From an uncultured Lachnospiraceae bacterium (GTDB taxonomy: Bacteria > Bacillota > Clostridia > Lachnospirales > Lachnospiraceae), in the NCBI GenBank assembly GCA_900539175.1, contig UQAW01000003.1:16341-80340 (forward strand): a DNA stretch of 64,000 nt. Direction: 5' to 3'. This document shows positions 1-9,566 of the stretch, one piece after another. A program made the position numbers and the translations under genes. The notes below the pieces were generated by a model. The model was not told the origin of the DNA and did no database searches. It was given only the letters and a program-made list of their open reading frames with translations. Positions within the stretch are counted from its first letter, which is position 1; every line of letters starts with the position of its first letter.

Positions 1-479
1 GACAAGGTTTGAAAGCAGAGACGAAAAAGGTAATTCGCCTTCTGGGGCGATTTTTGTTTGTGATTTATATACTTGCACTGATTTATCTGTTGTTTCTGTC
101 AGAAGGGTATGGCAGGCGGGAATTTCAGAATCAGGATTATCGTTATAATTTGGTGCCGTTTCGGGAAATCTGCAGATTCTGGCGTCATCGTCAGGCTGTA
201 GGATGGATGGCGTCGTTTCTGAATCTTGGGGGCAATGTAATCGGTTTTCTCCCGTTAGGTTTTATTTTGCCTGTGATGCATCGGAATATGAAACGATTCT
301 GGTTGGTAACGTTTCTGGGTTTTGCTTTAAGTCTGACCGTTGAGACGATTCAGCTGGTATGTAAGGTGGGATGCTTTGATGTGGATGATTTGCTGTTGAA
401 TACCATTGGTTCGGCACTGGGATATGTGTTGTTCCTGATCTGTGATAAATTCAGGAGGATACGATATGAAAAAGTATAA
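1..479 (+). CDS. VanZ-like family membrane protein, possibly 5' partial or alternative start
   Basis: The translation carries VanZ-like hydrophobic motifs (NLVPF, GNVIGFLPLGF). The reading frame is open to the window edge and has no ATG near the 5' end, so only a TTG at position 9 is available as a start. The 3' end overlaps the next gene by 14 nt. Confidence 0.5.
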   Translation, partial: QGLKAETKKVIRLLGRFLFVIYILALIYLLFLSEGYGRREFQNQDYRYNLVPFREICRFWRHRQAVGWMASFLNLGGNVIGFLPLGFILPVMHRNMKRFWLVTFLGFALSLTVETIQLVCKVGCFDVDDLLLNTIGSALGYVLFLICDKFRRIRYEKV

Positions 480-780
480 ATACTCCTTTGCACCGGATGC
501 AAATGCAAAAGGAGGCGTGGAAGCAACGATAGCGGCTGCTGTTTCTCTTGGCTTTTTGGTGGTCGCATCCATTATTTCCTTTGTATTTGAAGGACGGGGC
601 GGTAATTATCTGGGGGCGATGGGGCTGTTTTCTTTTTTACTGTCCGCTTATGGCTTTTATTTGGGAATTAAAAGTTTCTCTGAAAAAAAAGTAAATCATC
701 GGTACAGTATTGTTGGTTCGCTTGCAAGCGGCATTCTGGCAGTTCTCTGGTTGGGTATTTTTCTGACAGGAATTTCCTGA
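466..780 (+). CDS. small hypothetical membrane protein with 3 predicted TM helices
   Basis: An AGGAGG motif sits 7 nt upstream of the ATG at 466. The product is hydrophobic (MKKYKYSF...GILAVLWLGIFLTGIS). No recognisable family could be assigned from the sequence alone. Confidence 0.45.
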   Translation: MKKYKYSFAPDANAKGGVEATIAAAVSLGFLVVASIISFVFEGRGGNYLGAMGLFSFLLSAYGFYLGIKSFSEKKVNHRYSIVGSLASGILAVLWLGIFLTGIS

Positions 781-815
781 ATGCAGTGAGATAGATTGGT
801 GTGGTGAGGTGAAAG

Positions 816-2867
816 ATGGACGAATTATTGAAAGAGCGCTATGCGTTATCGATGGAAAGGGTCTGCCAGATTCGGGAAGAAGAGGAAGTGGCAGAACCAT
901 TCAGAAGTTTTTTTCTACACGAAGCGAAATATCTGGTATTCATGGATGAATATCGCCGTGCCGTGGAAGCAAAGCAGTTTGAATGCATGACTCTGGAGCA
1001 GATGCAGGATTATAACCGGAGGATGTACGCAGAGATTTTACCGGAATATTATGGTAACTGTTACGGGAATCCTGCTTATGCAGTCAAGCGGTTTGGGCAG
1101 GAGTATGGACAGATTTTCAGCTTTCTTTATGCGGAACTGCGGGGCATGATCGTATTTGCCTGTGAGCAGCGAATCTGGGATATGGTGATTGTTCTGGAGT
1201 TGTTTCTTGAGATTTACCGTATGTTTGCAGATGCTCCTTATCCGGAAGTAAAATATCTGAAAGAGAGCATCTATTGGTACGTCAGTGATTATGCAGATGA
1301 TCTGATGGAATTAAATGTGAAAAGTCAGGTGGACCCGGAAGATAATTTTGCTGTGGACCTGATCAGGAATGCTGATTTATCCGATCTTCGGTATCTTTAT
1401 CGATTCGGAGAATATGTGACAGATAATGAGGAGAGAACGGCAGCATTTCTGAATACACTTTCTGAAAAAGAAATCAAAGATATGGCGCGTACCTTCACAG
1501 AAGGATACCGGATCGGATTTCTCAATGGACATAAGCCCCTTGAGAAGAAGAGGACGGTTAATATTCGTTACACGTTGGGATTTGAACGTTTGGTAAGAGC
1601 GGCGATCCGCCAGTTTGAAGATATGGGACTCCGGGCAACCATTTACCGTTCTGCAGTTCATGTGGTACAGAAGAGCCGTCATGGACGCATCGGTTATTAT
1701 GGTGCGGTTCCAAATCCCCAGTTTGACTTTGATCATAGAAATGATGCCGCCCTTTTTCTGGATAAAGATTTTGTCACAAGGAAGCTCAGAGCGCTGCAGA
1801 CTGCTTATGAAAAATACCGGGAACTGGCAGCGGTTCACGGCGGTCCGGCCTGTATGGAGATCTTCGGCAGCACTCCCTTTGAGCCCAAACCCTGCGGGGA
1901 GGCACTTGCCTATTCTGAGGAACAGCAGAAGCTTCAGGTACAGTATGACAATGAGGCAGGGCAGATTGTCAATCGCTATATCAAGGGTGAGGAACGCAGT
2001 TTTACAATTATAGCCTATCCGGTTCCGGCGATCGGTGGGAATTTTGAAGAAATTTTTCGTGAGACAGTAAAGATCAATACCTTGGATTATCAGAAATATC
2101 AGCGGATTCAGCAGTGTATCATTGATGTTCTGGATCAGGGATGCAGGGCGCATATACGGGGAATGAACGGAAATCGGACAAATCTGACCGTTCAGTTTCA
2201 TAAGCTTGAAGACCCAAAGAAGCAGACGAATTTTGAGAATTGTGTAGCGGATGTCAATATACCAGTAGGAGAGGTGTTTACTTCTCCGCTTCTTACAGGA
2301 ACGAACGGAATTCTTCATGTGAGCAAGGTTTATCTGGAAGAATTGAACTATGTAGATCTGGAACTTGAGATAACTGATGGGATGATAACGAATTATTCCT
2401 GTAAGAACTTTCCAGAGGAAGCGGAAAACCGCAGGTATATATTGGAAAACATCCTGTATCATCACAAGACCATACCGATGGGTGAGTTTGCCATCGGAAC
2501 GAATACAACTGCTTATGTGATGGCTAAAAAGTATCAGATAGCGGAAAAGCTGCCGATTTTGATTGCCGAGAAGATGGGACCCCACTTTGCATTCGGTGAT
2601 ACCTGTTACAGCTGGCAGGAGGATACGCCTGTGTATAACCCGGATGGAAAAGAAATTATTGCAAGAGACAATGAAGTTTCGATTTTGAGAAAATCGGATG
2701 TGGCAAAGGCATATTTTGGGTGTCATACGGATATCACAATTCCTTACGATGAACTGGGAAGTATTGTCGTGGAGCGGGAGGATGGAACTATGACAGAGAT
2801 TTTGAGGGACGGAAGATTTGTTCTGCCGGGAACCCTGGAATTGAATGAGGCATTTGACAAAATTTGA
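816..2867 (+). CDS. aminopeptidase-like protein (M29/AmpS-like C-terminal region, long form)
   Basis: This is a 683-aa ORF with a GGTGAGGTGA ribosome-binding site. The C-terminal half resembles thermophilic-type M29 aminopeptidases (HFAFGDT..., GCHTDIT). The N-terminal extension is unassigned. Confidence 0.45.
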   Translation: MDELLKERYALSMERVCQIREEEEVAEPFRSFFLHEAKYLVFMDEYRRAVEAKQFECMTLEQMQDYNRRMYAEILPEYYGNCYGNPAYAVKRFGQEYGQIFSFLYAELRGMIVFACEQRIWDMVIVLELFLEIYRMFADAPYPEVKYLKESIYWYVSDYADDLMELNVKSQVDPEDNFAVDLIRNADLSDLRYLYRFGEYVTDNEERTAAFLNTLSEKEIKDMARTFTEGYRIGFLNGHKPLEKKRTVNIRYTLGFERLVRAAIRQFEDMGLRATIYRSAVHVVQKSRHGRIGYYGAVPNPQFDFDHRNDAALFLDKDFVTRKLRALQTAYEKYRELAAVHGGPACMEIFGSTPFEPKPCGEALAYSEEQQKLQVQYDNEAGQIVNRYIKGEERSFTIIAYPVPAIGGNFEEIFRETVKINTLDYQKYQRIQQCIIDVLDQGCRAHIRGMNGNRTNLTVQFHKLEDPKKQTNFENCVADVNIPVGEVFTSPLLTGTNGILHVSKVYLEELNYVDLELEITDGMITNYSCKNFPEEAENRRYILENILYHHKTIPMGEFAIGTNTTAYVMAKKYQIAEKLPILIAEKMGPHFAFGDTCYSWQEDTPVYNPDGKEIIARDNEVSILRKSDVAKAYFGCHTDITIPYDELGSIVVEREDGTMTEILRDGRFVLPGTLELNEAFDKI

Positions 2868-2895
2868 AAAAGATGTAGGGCAGCTGAAATAGCAG

Positions 2896-2924
2896 TTGAC
2901 AACCAGTTACCAGTTCAGTAAAAT
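2896..2924 (+). promoter_or_regulatory. candidate sigma-A promoter of the pur operon (TTGACA-17-TAAAAT)
   Basis: TTGACA at 2896-2901 is followed by a 17-nt spacer and TAAAAT at 2919-2924. Two palindromic 10-mers follow immediately downstream. Confidence 0.4.
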
Positions 2925-3003
2925 AACTTATAAGTAGAGGTGAATTGATAAAATTTACTTATAAGTAATTCTAATGAATAGTTATGAGAAAAGGAGAGCA
3001 ATC

Positions 3004-3510
3004 ATGGCAAAAGTAGGTATTGTAATGGGAAGCGATTCTGATATGCCTGTTATGAGTAAGGCAGCAGATATGCTGGAGAAGTTTGGAATCGATTATGAGA
3101 TGACAATTATCTCCGCACACAGAGAGCCCGATGTATTCTTTGAGTATGCAAAAAGTGCAGAGGAAAAAGGGTTCAAAGTAATCATCGCAGGCGCTGGTAT
3201 GGCAGCTCATCTTCCAGGTATGTGTGCAGCGATTTTCCCGATGCCGGTAATCGGAATTCCGATGCATACCACTTCTTTAGGAGGACGTGATTCTTTGTAT
3301 TCCATCGTTCAGATGCCAAGCGGCATTCCGGTGGCAACTGTGGCAATTAACGGCGGAGCGAACGCAGGAATTCTGGCTGCAAAGATTCTGGCAACTTCGG
3401 ATCCGGAACTGCTCAGGAAACTGAAAGATTATGCAGCGGAACTGAAAGATCAGGTTGTGGAAAAAGATGCAAAGCTGCAGGAAGTCGGATATAAGAATTA
3501 CAGCAAATAA
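3004..3510 (+). CDS. purE: 5-(carboxyamino)imidazole ribonucleotide mutase PurE
   Basis: The sequence MAKVGIVMGSDSDMPVMSKAA... with the GAGMAAHLPG motif is typical PurE. The start was moved to M11 (3004) because of the AAAGGAGAG ribosome-binding site. Confidence 0.9.
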   Translation: MAKVGIVMGSDSDMPVMSKAADMLEKFGIDYEMTIISAHREPDVFFEYAKSAEEKGFKVIIAGAGMAAHLPGMCAAIFPMPVIGIPMHTTSLGGRDSLYSIVQMPSGIPVATVAINGGANAGILAAKILATSDPELLRKLKDYAAELKDQVVEKDAKLQEVGYKNYSK

Positions 3511-3573
3511 AGCAATTTGAAAAAATTTTATGTGGCAGATTAAGATGAGATACTGCTTATTAGGAGGATGAAG

Positions 3574-4599
3574 ATGGATTACAAGAACGCAGGTGTGGAC
3601 ATTGAAGCTGGTTACAAGTCAGTGGAACTGATGAAAGAGCATATTAAGAAGACGATGCGTCCCGAGGTATTGACAAATATCGGAGGATTTTCCGGTGCAT
3701 TTTCAATGGAAAAGTTTAAAGAGATGGAGAAACCGACGTTGGTTTCCGGTACAGACGGTGTCGGCACGAAGCTGAAGTTGGCATTTCTGATGGACAAGCA
3801 TGATACCGTGGGGATTGACTGTGTCGCAATGTGTGTCAATGATATTGCCTGTGCAGGAGGAGAACCATTGTTTTTCCTGGACTATATTGCCTGTGGAAAG
3901 AACTATCCGGAGAAGATCGCTCAGATCGTGAAGGGTGTGGCAGAGGGCTGTGAACAGTCCAGTGCGGCTTTAATCGGTGGTGAGACTGCGGAGATGCCCG
4001 GATTTTATCCGGAAGATGAATATGATCTGGCTGGATTTGCAGTTGGTATCGTAGACGAAAAAGACCTGATTACAGGAAAAGATTTGTGTGCAGGGGATGT
4101 TTTGGTGGGTATCGCTTCTTCCGGTGTGCATAGCAATGGTTTTTCGCTGGTTCGTAAAGTATTTGAGATGACGAAAGAATCTTTGGATACTTACTATGAT
4201 GAGCTGGGTAAAACTCTGGGTGAGGCACTGATCGCACCGACCAAGATTTATGTAAAGGCACTTCGCAGTGTGAAAGAAGCGGGTGTGAAGATTAAAGCCT
4301 GCAGCCATATCACAGGGGGTGGATTTTATGAGAACGTTCCGCGTATGCTCAAAGACGGCGTAAAGGCTGTGATTACGAAGGACAGCTATCCGATTCCGCC
4401 GATTTTCACCTTGATGGCAAAGACCGGAAATATTGAAGAAAAGATGATGTACAATACTTATAATATGGGTATCGGTATGATCGTGGCAGTGAATCCGGAA
4501 GATGTCAATGTTGCAATGGATGCCATTAAAGCGGCTGGTGAGACACCGTACATCATTGGCCATATTGAAGCGGGAGAAAAGGGAGTCGAATTATGCTAA
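3574..4599 (+). CDS. purM: phosphoribosylformylglycinamidine cyclo-ligase (AIR synthetase) PurM
   Basis: [14 protein letters not shown] ... [12 protein letters not shown] is canonical PurM. AGGAGG sits 6 nt before the ATG at 3574. Confidence 0.92.
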   Translation: MDYKNAGVDIEAGYKSVELMKEHIKKTMRPEVLTNIGGFSGAFSMEKFKEMEKPTLVSGTDGVGTKLKLAFLMDKHDTVGIDCVAMCVNDIACAGGEPLFFLDYIACGKNYPEKIAQIVKGVAEGCEQSSAALIGGETAEMPGFYPEDEYDLAGFAVGIVDEKDLITGKDLCAGDVLVGIASSGVHSNGFSLVRKVFEMTKESLDTYYDELGKTLGEALIAPTKIYVKALRSVKEAGVKIKACSHITGGGFYENVPRMLKDGVKAVITKDSYPIPPIFTLMAKTGNIEEKMMYNTYNMGIGMIVAVNPEDVNVAMDAIKAAGETPYIIGHIEAGEKGVELC

Positions 4600-5219
4600 A
4601 GATGGCAGTTCTGGTATCCGGGGGCGGCACCAACCTGCAGGCCATTATGGATGCCATTGATCAAGGTACAATTACCAATGCAGAAATTTCCGTAGTCATC
4701 AGTAATAACGCAGGAGCTTATGCATTGGAGCGTGCCAAAGCGAAGGGAATCGATGCAGTCTGTATATCACCGAAGTCCTATGAGACGAGAGATGCATTTA
4801 ACGAGGCGCTTCTGGAAAAAATTCAGTCTTACAAGGTGGATTTGGTGGTACTTGCCGGATGTCTGGTTGTGATTCCGAAGATTATGGTGGATGCCTATCC
4901 GAATAAAATCATCAATATCCATCCGGCATTGATTCCGTCTTTTTGCGGAACCGGATATTATGGGTTGAAGGTGCATGAGGCGGTTCTTGCCAGAGGTGCA
5001 AAAATAACTGGTGCAACCGTTCATTTTGTGGATGACGGTACAGATACCGGTCCGATTATTCTGCAGAAGGCGGTGGAAGTCCGTCAGGGTGATACACCGA
5101 AGGAGCTGCAGCTTCGGGTGATGCAGGAGGCGGAATGGGTAATTATGCCAAAGGCGATTGACCTGATTGCCAATGGGAAAGTATCGGTAGTGGATGGATT
5201 GGTTCAGATAAAGGAGTAG
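4593..5219 (+). CDS. purN: phosphoribosylglycinamide formyltransferase PurN
   Basis: [15 protein letters not shown] plus the [10 protein letters not shown] motif identify PurN. The gene overlaps purM by 7 nt, which suggests translational coupling. Confidence 0.9.
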   Translation: MLKMAVLVSGGGTNLQAIMDAIDQGTITNAEISVVISNNAGAYALERAKAKGIDAVCISPKSYETRDAFNEALLEKIQSYKVDLVVLAGCLVVIPKIMVDAYPNKIINIHPALIPSFCGTGYYGLKVHEAVLARGAKITGATVHFVDDGTDTGPIILQKAVEVRQGDTPKELQLRVMQEAEWVIMPKAIDLIANGKVSVVDGLVQIKE

Positions 5220-5225
5220 AGGACG

Positions 5226-6497
5226 ATGAAGATTCTGATTGTAGGCAGCGGCGGAAGGGAACATGCGATTGCATGGAAGGTAGCACAAAGCCCGAAGGCT
5301 GAGAAGATTTACTGCGCTCCTGGTAATGCGGGAATCGCAGAGTATGCAGAGTGTGTGGACATTGGAGCCATGGAATTTGAAAAACTGGCTGCATTTGCGA
5401 AAGAAAAAGAGATTGATTTGACCGTTGTCGGTATGGATGATCCGCTGGTGGGCGGAATTGTGGATGTATTTGAGGCGGAGGGACTTCGGGTATTCGGACC
5501 GCGTAAGAATGCGGCAATTCTGGAAGGCTCCAAGGCGTTTTCCAAAGACTTGATGAAGAAGTATCATATTCCGACTGCGGCATACGAGAATTTTACAGAT
5601 CCGGAAAAAGCGCTTGCTTATCTGGAGACAGCGAAATTCCCGATTGTACTGAAGGCGGATGGGCTTGCTCTGGGAAAAGGTGTTTTGATCTGCCAGAATC
5701 TGGAAGAGGCAAAAGCAGGCGTAAAAGAAATCATGTTGGATAAGAAGTTTGGTTCAGCAGGAAATGAGATGGTAATTGAGGAATTTATGACCGGCCGTGA
5801 AGTGTCTGTACTTTCTTATGTAGACGGAAAGACCATCAAGACAATGACTTCTGCACAGGATCATAAGCGTGCAAAGGATGGGGACCAGGGTCTGAATACG
5901 GGCGGAATGGGAACTTTCTCACCAAGTCCTTTCTATACAGAGGAAGTGGATGCGTTCTGTCAGAAGTATGTCTATCAGCCGACCGTGGATGCGATGGCTG
6001 CTGAGGGCAGAGAATTTAAGGGGATTATTTTCTTTGGACTGATGCTTACGGAGGAAGGACCGAAGGTTCTGGAGTATAATGCAAGATTCGGTGACCCGGA
6101 GGCTCAGGTTGTGCTTCCGCGTATGAAAAATGATATCGTTGATGTCTTTGAAGCTTGTGTGGATGGTACATTGGATCAGATTGATCTTCAGTTTGAGGAT
6201 AATGCGGCTGTCTGTGTGGTTCTGGCAAGCGACGGCTATCCGGTTTCCTATGAGAAAGGTTATCCGATTCATGGATTGGAGAAGTTCAAGGGAAGTGATG
6301 AATACTTTGTATTCCATGCCGGAAGTAAATTTAAGGATGGTGAAATTGTGACAAACGGCGGCCGTGTACTTGGTGTGACTGCAAAAGGCGCTGATTTGAA
6401 ACAGGCGCGTGCCAATGCTTATCAGGCAGTGGAACTGATAGAATTTGAAAATAAATATTATCGCCATGATATTGGTAAGGCGATTGATGAGGCATAA
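5226..6497 (+). CDS. purD: phosphoribosylamine--glycine ligase PurD
   Basis: MKILIVGSGGREHAIAWK... is the ATP-grasp GAR synthetase signature. An AAAGGAG ribosome-binding site precedes it. Confidence 0.92.
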   Translation: MKILIVGSGGREHAIAWKVAQSPKAEKIYCAPGNAGIAEYAECVDIGAMEFEKLAAFAKEKEIDLTVVGMDDPLVGGIVDVFEAEGLRVFGPRKNAAILEGSKAFSKDLMKKYHIPTAAYENFTDPEKALAYLETAKFPIVLKADGLALGKGVLICQNLEEAKAGVKEIMLDKKFGSAGNEMVIEEFMTGREVSVLSYVDGKTIKTMTSAQDHKRAKDGDQGLNTGGMGTFSPSPFYTEEVDAFCQKYVYQPTVDAMAAEGREFKGIIFFGLMLTEEGPKVLEYNARFGDPEAQVVLPRMKNDIVDVFEACVDGTLDQIDLQFEDNAAVCVVLASDGYPVSYEKGYPIHGLEKFKGSDEYFVFHAGSKFKDGEIVTNGGRVLGVTAKGADLKQARANAYQAVELIEFENKYYRHDIGKAIDEA

Positions 6498-6791
6498 GAA
6501 AGCGTGAAGAATAGCAGCAATCGGAAGATTTGAGGTAAGCTGCTATGAAGGAGGGACTGCGGTTCGAAAGATGCAGAAATTGTATCTGCAGGTTCGGACT
6601 GTGGTCTTTTCTAGTATGATCCACGGTAATTAGCGATATGTTTTATGCAGGATAAATTTTCAGTCTACAAGGCGGAGGAATGAGGCGATGCGGTTGGTGA
6701 TGAAAGGAATGATAATTGACGAGAGGAAAGTCTTGTGGCACAATAAAGGCAGAAACAGTTTTTGAAGATTGTTGAAAACGGAGATTGGAAC

Positions 6792-7703
6792 ATGAAGATT
6801 ACTTATATTGAGCATAGTGGGTATGCTATAGAATGGGAGTCGTGTATTTGGGTATTTGATTATTACCGTGGAAAAATTCCGGACTGGGAGAAGACAAAGC
6901 CTCTGATCATTTTTGCAAGCCATGCACATAAGGATCATTTTGCTCCGGAGATTTTTTCACTATTTAAGGAGTTTGAGCATGTTACGTATCTCTTATCCAC
7001 AGATATCAGAAAGAAAATAAAAAGGATGTCGTTGGATGAAAAGGTTTTAGCACAGATTCGTTATGCCACACCCGGAGAGCAGCTATCACTTCCCGTATCC
7101 GAGGGAAAAGAAATACTTGTAAATGTTTTTGATTCTACAGATTGCGGGGTATCCTTTCTGGTAACGTATGAAGAACGCAAGATCTTCCATGCCGGTGATT
7201 TGAACTGTTGGATCTGGGAGGAGGAGTCTAAGGCAGAGAGGAATTCCATGCTTGCCCGGTATCAGCGGGAGATTCAGAAATTACCGGAAAACTTGATTGA
7301 CTGTGCATTCCTTCCGGTGGATTATCGTCTGGGAGCGTCTTATGATTACGGAGCCAGATATTTTCTGGAGCATGTAAAAGTGTCTCATGTATTTCCCATG
7401 CATTTGTGGGGGAGGTACAGTATTGTTGAAACGTTCCGGAATTCTTTTCGGGATCCGAAGGAGCGTGAGAAGATCGTGTCTGTAAAGCAGGCAGGACAAC
7501 AGTGGGAGTTTGGAGTGGTGACAGAAATCGTGGAACCGGATTTTGGGTGCGAAGGACGGCCGGACGAAGGAAAGGTAAAGGACCAGGTTTTTGTTCAGTT
7601 GGAGAATGGAGAAAAACGTTTATTGGAAATTGAGGATCAGGAATTATATGAGCGCGGAATTGATGAAGGATCCTCTTTATTGATAGAAAGAGGAAAGGAG
7701 TAA
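6792..7703 (+). CDS. MBL-fold metallo-hydrolase family protein
   Basis: The H-x-H-x-D-H motif (ASHAHKDHF) marks the beta-lactamase fold. The ATG at 6792 was preferred over the TTG given in the ORF track. Confidence 0.55.
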   Translation: MKITYIEHSGYAIEWESCIWVFDYYRGKIPDWEKTKPLIIFASHAHKDHFAPEIFSLFKEFEHVTYLLSTDIRKKIKRMSLDEKVLAQIRYATPGEQLSLPVSEGKEILVNVFDSTDCGVSFLVTYEERKIFHAGDLNCWIWEEESKAERNSMLARYQREIQKLPENLIDCAFLPVDYRLGASYDYGARYFLEHVKVSHVFPMHLWGRYSIVETFRNSFRDPKEREKIVSVKQAGQQWEFGVVTEIVEPDFGCEGRPDEGKVKDQVFVQLENGEKRLLEIEDQELYERGIDEGSSLLIERGKE

Positions 7704-7708
7704 GGGAC

Positions 7709-8545
7709 ATGATTCAGGATATTGCACCGCATCAGTACCAGGTGTGTTATCAGCCTACGGCACCTGGGGATATGGATGTGGTATTGATTTACAGGGACAA
7801 TAAAATATTGACAGAATATTGTGACGGACAGCTCCGGTATCCTACGGTTGCAGAGATCCGAACTGTTTTTCCGCAGATCGCTGAGAAGGCGAAATTTCTG
7901 TTTCGCATCGACCATCAGGACTATTATGAACTGCGAAAACCGGTTGTTGAGGAATTCCATTCCTGGAAATACGAGAACACGGTGGTTTTGAGGGAAGCAA
8001 AGCCGATGTGGAAAGCCTTTGCGGGGATTACCGGTTATCAGATTCATAACTGGTACAGTGATACGAAATTTTGCGGACGCTGTGGGACAAAGATGCTGCC
8101 CCACGGACAGGAACGGGCGATGCGCTGTCCGGCCTGCGGGAAGATTACATATCCTACGATTGCACCAAGTGTGATTGTAGGTGTAACAGATGGAGACAGG
8201 ATATTACTTACCCGGTATGCATCCAATCATAGTAATTACAAGAAATATGCATTGGTAGCAGGATATACGGAAGTGGGGGAAACGCTCGAGGAGACGGTGC
8301 GCAGAGAGGTGATGGAGGAAGTCGGATTGAAAGTTAAGAATATCCGATATTACAAAAGTCAGCCATGGGCGTTTACAGGAACGTTGTTGGCCGGTTTCTA
8401 CTGTGAAGTAGATGGGGATCCGTCGATTCGTCTGGATGAAAGTGAACTGTGTGAGGCTGCCTGGTTTAAACGCAGTGAGATTCCGGTGAATCCGTCGAAA
8501 ATCAGCCTGACCAATGAAATGATCGAACATTTCAGAAATTCTTAG
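7709..8545 (+). CDS. nudC: NAD(+) diphosphatase NudC (NUDIX hydrolase with zinc ribbon)
   Basis: The zinc ribbon CGRCG...CPACG is followed by a Nudix box (GYTEVGETLEETVRREVMEEVG). An AAAGGAG ribosome-binding site precedes it. Confidence 0.8.
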   Translation: MIQDIAPHQYQVCYQPTAPGDMDVVLIYRDNKILTEYCDGQLRYPTVAEIRTVFPQIAEKAKFLFRIDHQDYYELRKPVVEEFHSWKYENTVVLREAKPMWKAFAGITGYQIHNWYSDTKFCGRCGTKMLPHGQERAMRCPACGKITYPTIAPSVIVGVTDGDRILLTRYASNHSNYKKYALVAGYTEVGETLEETVRREVMEEVGLKVKNIRYYKSQPWAFTGTLLAGFYCEVDGDPSIRLDESELCEAAWFKRSEIPVNPSKISLTNEMIEHFRNS

Positions 8546-8550
8546 AATAA

Positions 8551-8722
8551 TATGATGATACCAGAGTCAAAAGGTTATGCGTTTCATGCTTGCATGAAAA
8601 AGCATGACTTTGGGACCCGTAAAACATGAGAAAGTAGCCCGAACAGGGCGGATTTCGAATGTTTTTCGGATTGCGGGAGCATGAAATGCGGAGCAATCCG
8701 TGTATCATAAGGGCCAAAAAGT
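8551..8722 (+). repeat. intergenic repeat element, copy A (hairpin-rich, about 170 bp)
   Basis: It shares the core gtagcccgaacagggcggatttcgaatgttt...ggattgcgggagcatgaaatgcggagcaatccgtgtatcata with copies at 25290-25400 and 60321-60506. Its left end, tatgataccagagtcaaaagg, recurs in the inverted copy at 18818-18880. Confidence 0.6.
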
Positions 8723-8741
8723 TTCAGGAGGAATAATAGTA

Positions 8742-8954
8742 ATGGAGAAAAAACAATTTGTCTGTGCAAAATGTGGATGTACAACTTATGAAAGCGATCA
8801 GTTTCAGGCAACAGGAGGTAATTTTGCTAAAATTTTTGATGTTCAGAATAAAAAGTTTATAACCGTTAGCTGCACACGCTGCGGGTATACGGAGTTGTAT
8901 AAGGCTACTACTTCGGATGGATGGAATATACTTGATTTTCTGATCGGTAATTAA
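8742..8954 (+). CDS. zinc-ribbon domain protein (DUF2082-like, two CxxC pairs)
   Basis: The sequence MEKKQFVCAKCGC...SCTRCGY matches the family. AGGAGG lies 8 nt upstream of the ATG at 8742. The start given in the ORF track lies inside the repeat and was not used. Confidence 0.6.
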   Translation: MEKKQFVCAKCGCTTYESDQFQATGGNFAKIFDVQNKKFITVSCTRCGYTELYKATTSDGWNILDFLIGN

Positions 8955-9034
8955 GCAGATATCTGTCCTCATTTTTCAGAAGGAGGATGCTGTGGTTGGT
9001 CGTTTGAATGGATGGAGTATACGAGGAGAAAGAG

Positions 9035-9559
9035 ATGAAGATTTTAGTTGTAGTTGATATGCAGAATGATTTTATAACAGGTGCACTTGGATCGGCGGAA
9101 GCACAGGCGGTGGTTCCAAAGGTAAAGGGGTATATTGAACAATGGTTGGAGGAGAAGAAGGGAAGTCTTTACTTTACCAGAGATACACATCATGATAATT
9201 ATGCCGGGACACAGGAGGGCAGGAATCTTCCGGTTCTGCATTGTGTCGAGGGCAGCGATGGATGGGAAATCTGCCGGGAACTTCAGGAATACACGTTGGA
9301 TGTTCCGGTATTTGACAAGCCCACATTCGGATGTCAGGATCTGGCGGAATATCTTCAGGAGACAGAAGGACAGCCGGATGAGATTGTGTTAATCGGTCTT
9401 TGTACGGACATCTGCGTTATTTCCAACGCTATGTTGTTGAAAGCATTTTTCCCGGAAACAGTAATTACGGTAGTGGAAAAATGTTGTGCCGGAGTGACGC
9501 CCGAGAGTCATAAGCGTGCGTTGGAAGCCATGCAAGTCTGCCAGATTCGGGTCGTGTAA
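9035..9559 (+). CDS. isochorismatase-family cysteine hydrolase, nicotinamidase/pyrazinamidase-like
   Basis: MKILVVVDMQNDF and the catalytic-cysteine motif LIGLCTDICV are typical of PncA-like enzymes. A GAGGAG ribosome-binding site precedes it. Confidence 0.7.
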   Translation: MKILVVVDMQNDFITGALGSAEAQAVVPKVKGYIEQWLEEKKGSLYFTRDTHHDNYAGTQEGRNLPVLHCVEGSDGWEICRELQEYTLDVPVFDKPTFGCQDLAEYLQETEGQPDEIVLIGLCTDICVISNAMLLKAFFPETVITVVEKCCAGVTPESHKRALEAMQVCQIRVV

Positions 9560-9566
9560 CTGGAAT

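Noticed and set aside
1377-2726. 449-aa minus-strand ORF
   Set aside because: It is entirely antisense to the aminopeptidase-like gene. It has no ribosome-binding site and a low-complexity translation, so it is a shadow ORF.
2868-3003. Possible purine riboswitch upstream of purE
   Set aside because: The leader is too short, and it lacks the conserved purine-aptamer junction sequences. Only a promoter plus two palindromic decamers are present.
8532-8717. 61-aa minus-strand ORF sharing YGLLRISCSRNPK with the ORF at 60254-60526
   Set aside because: The shared peptide simply reflects translation of the intergenic repeat family. There is no ribosome-binding site and no consistent frame across copies.
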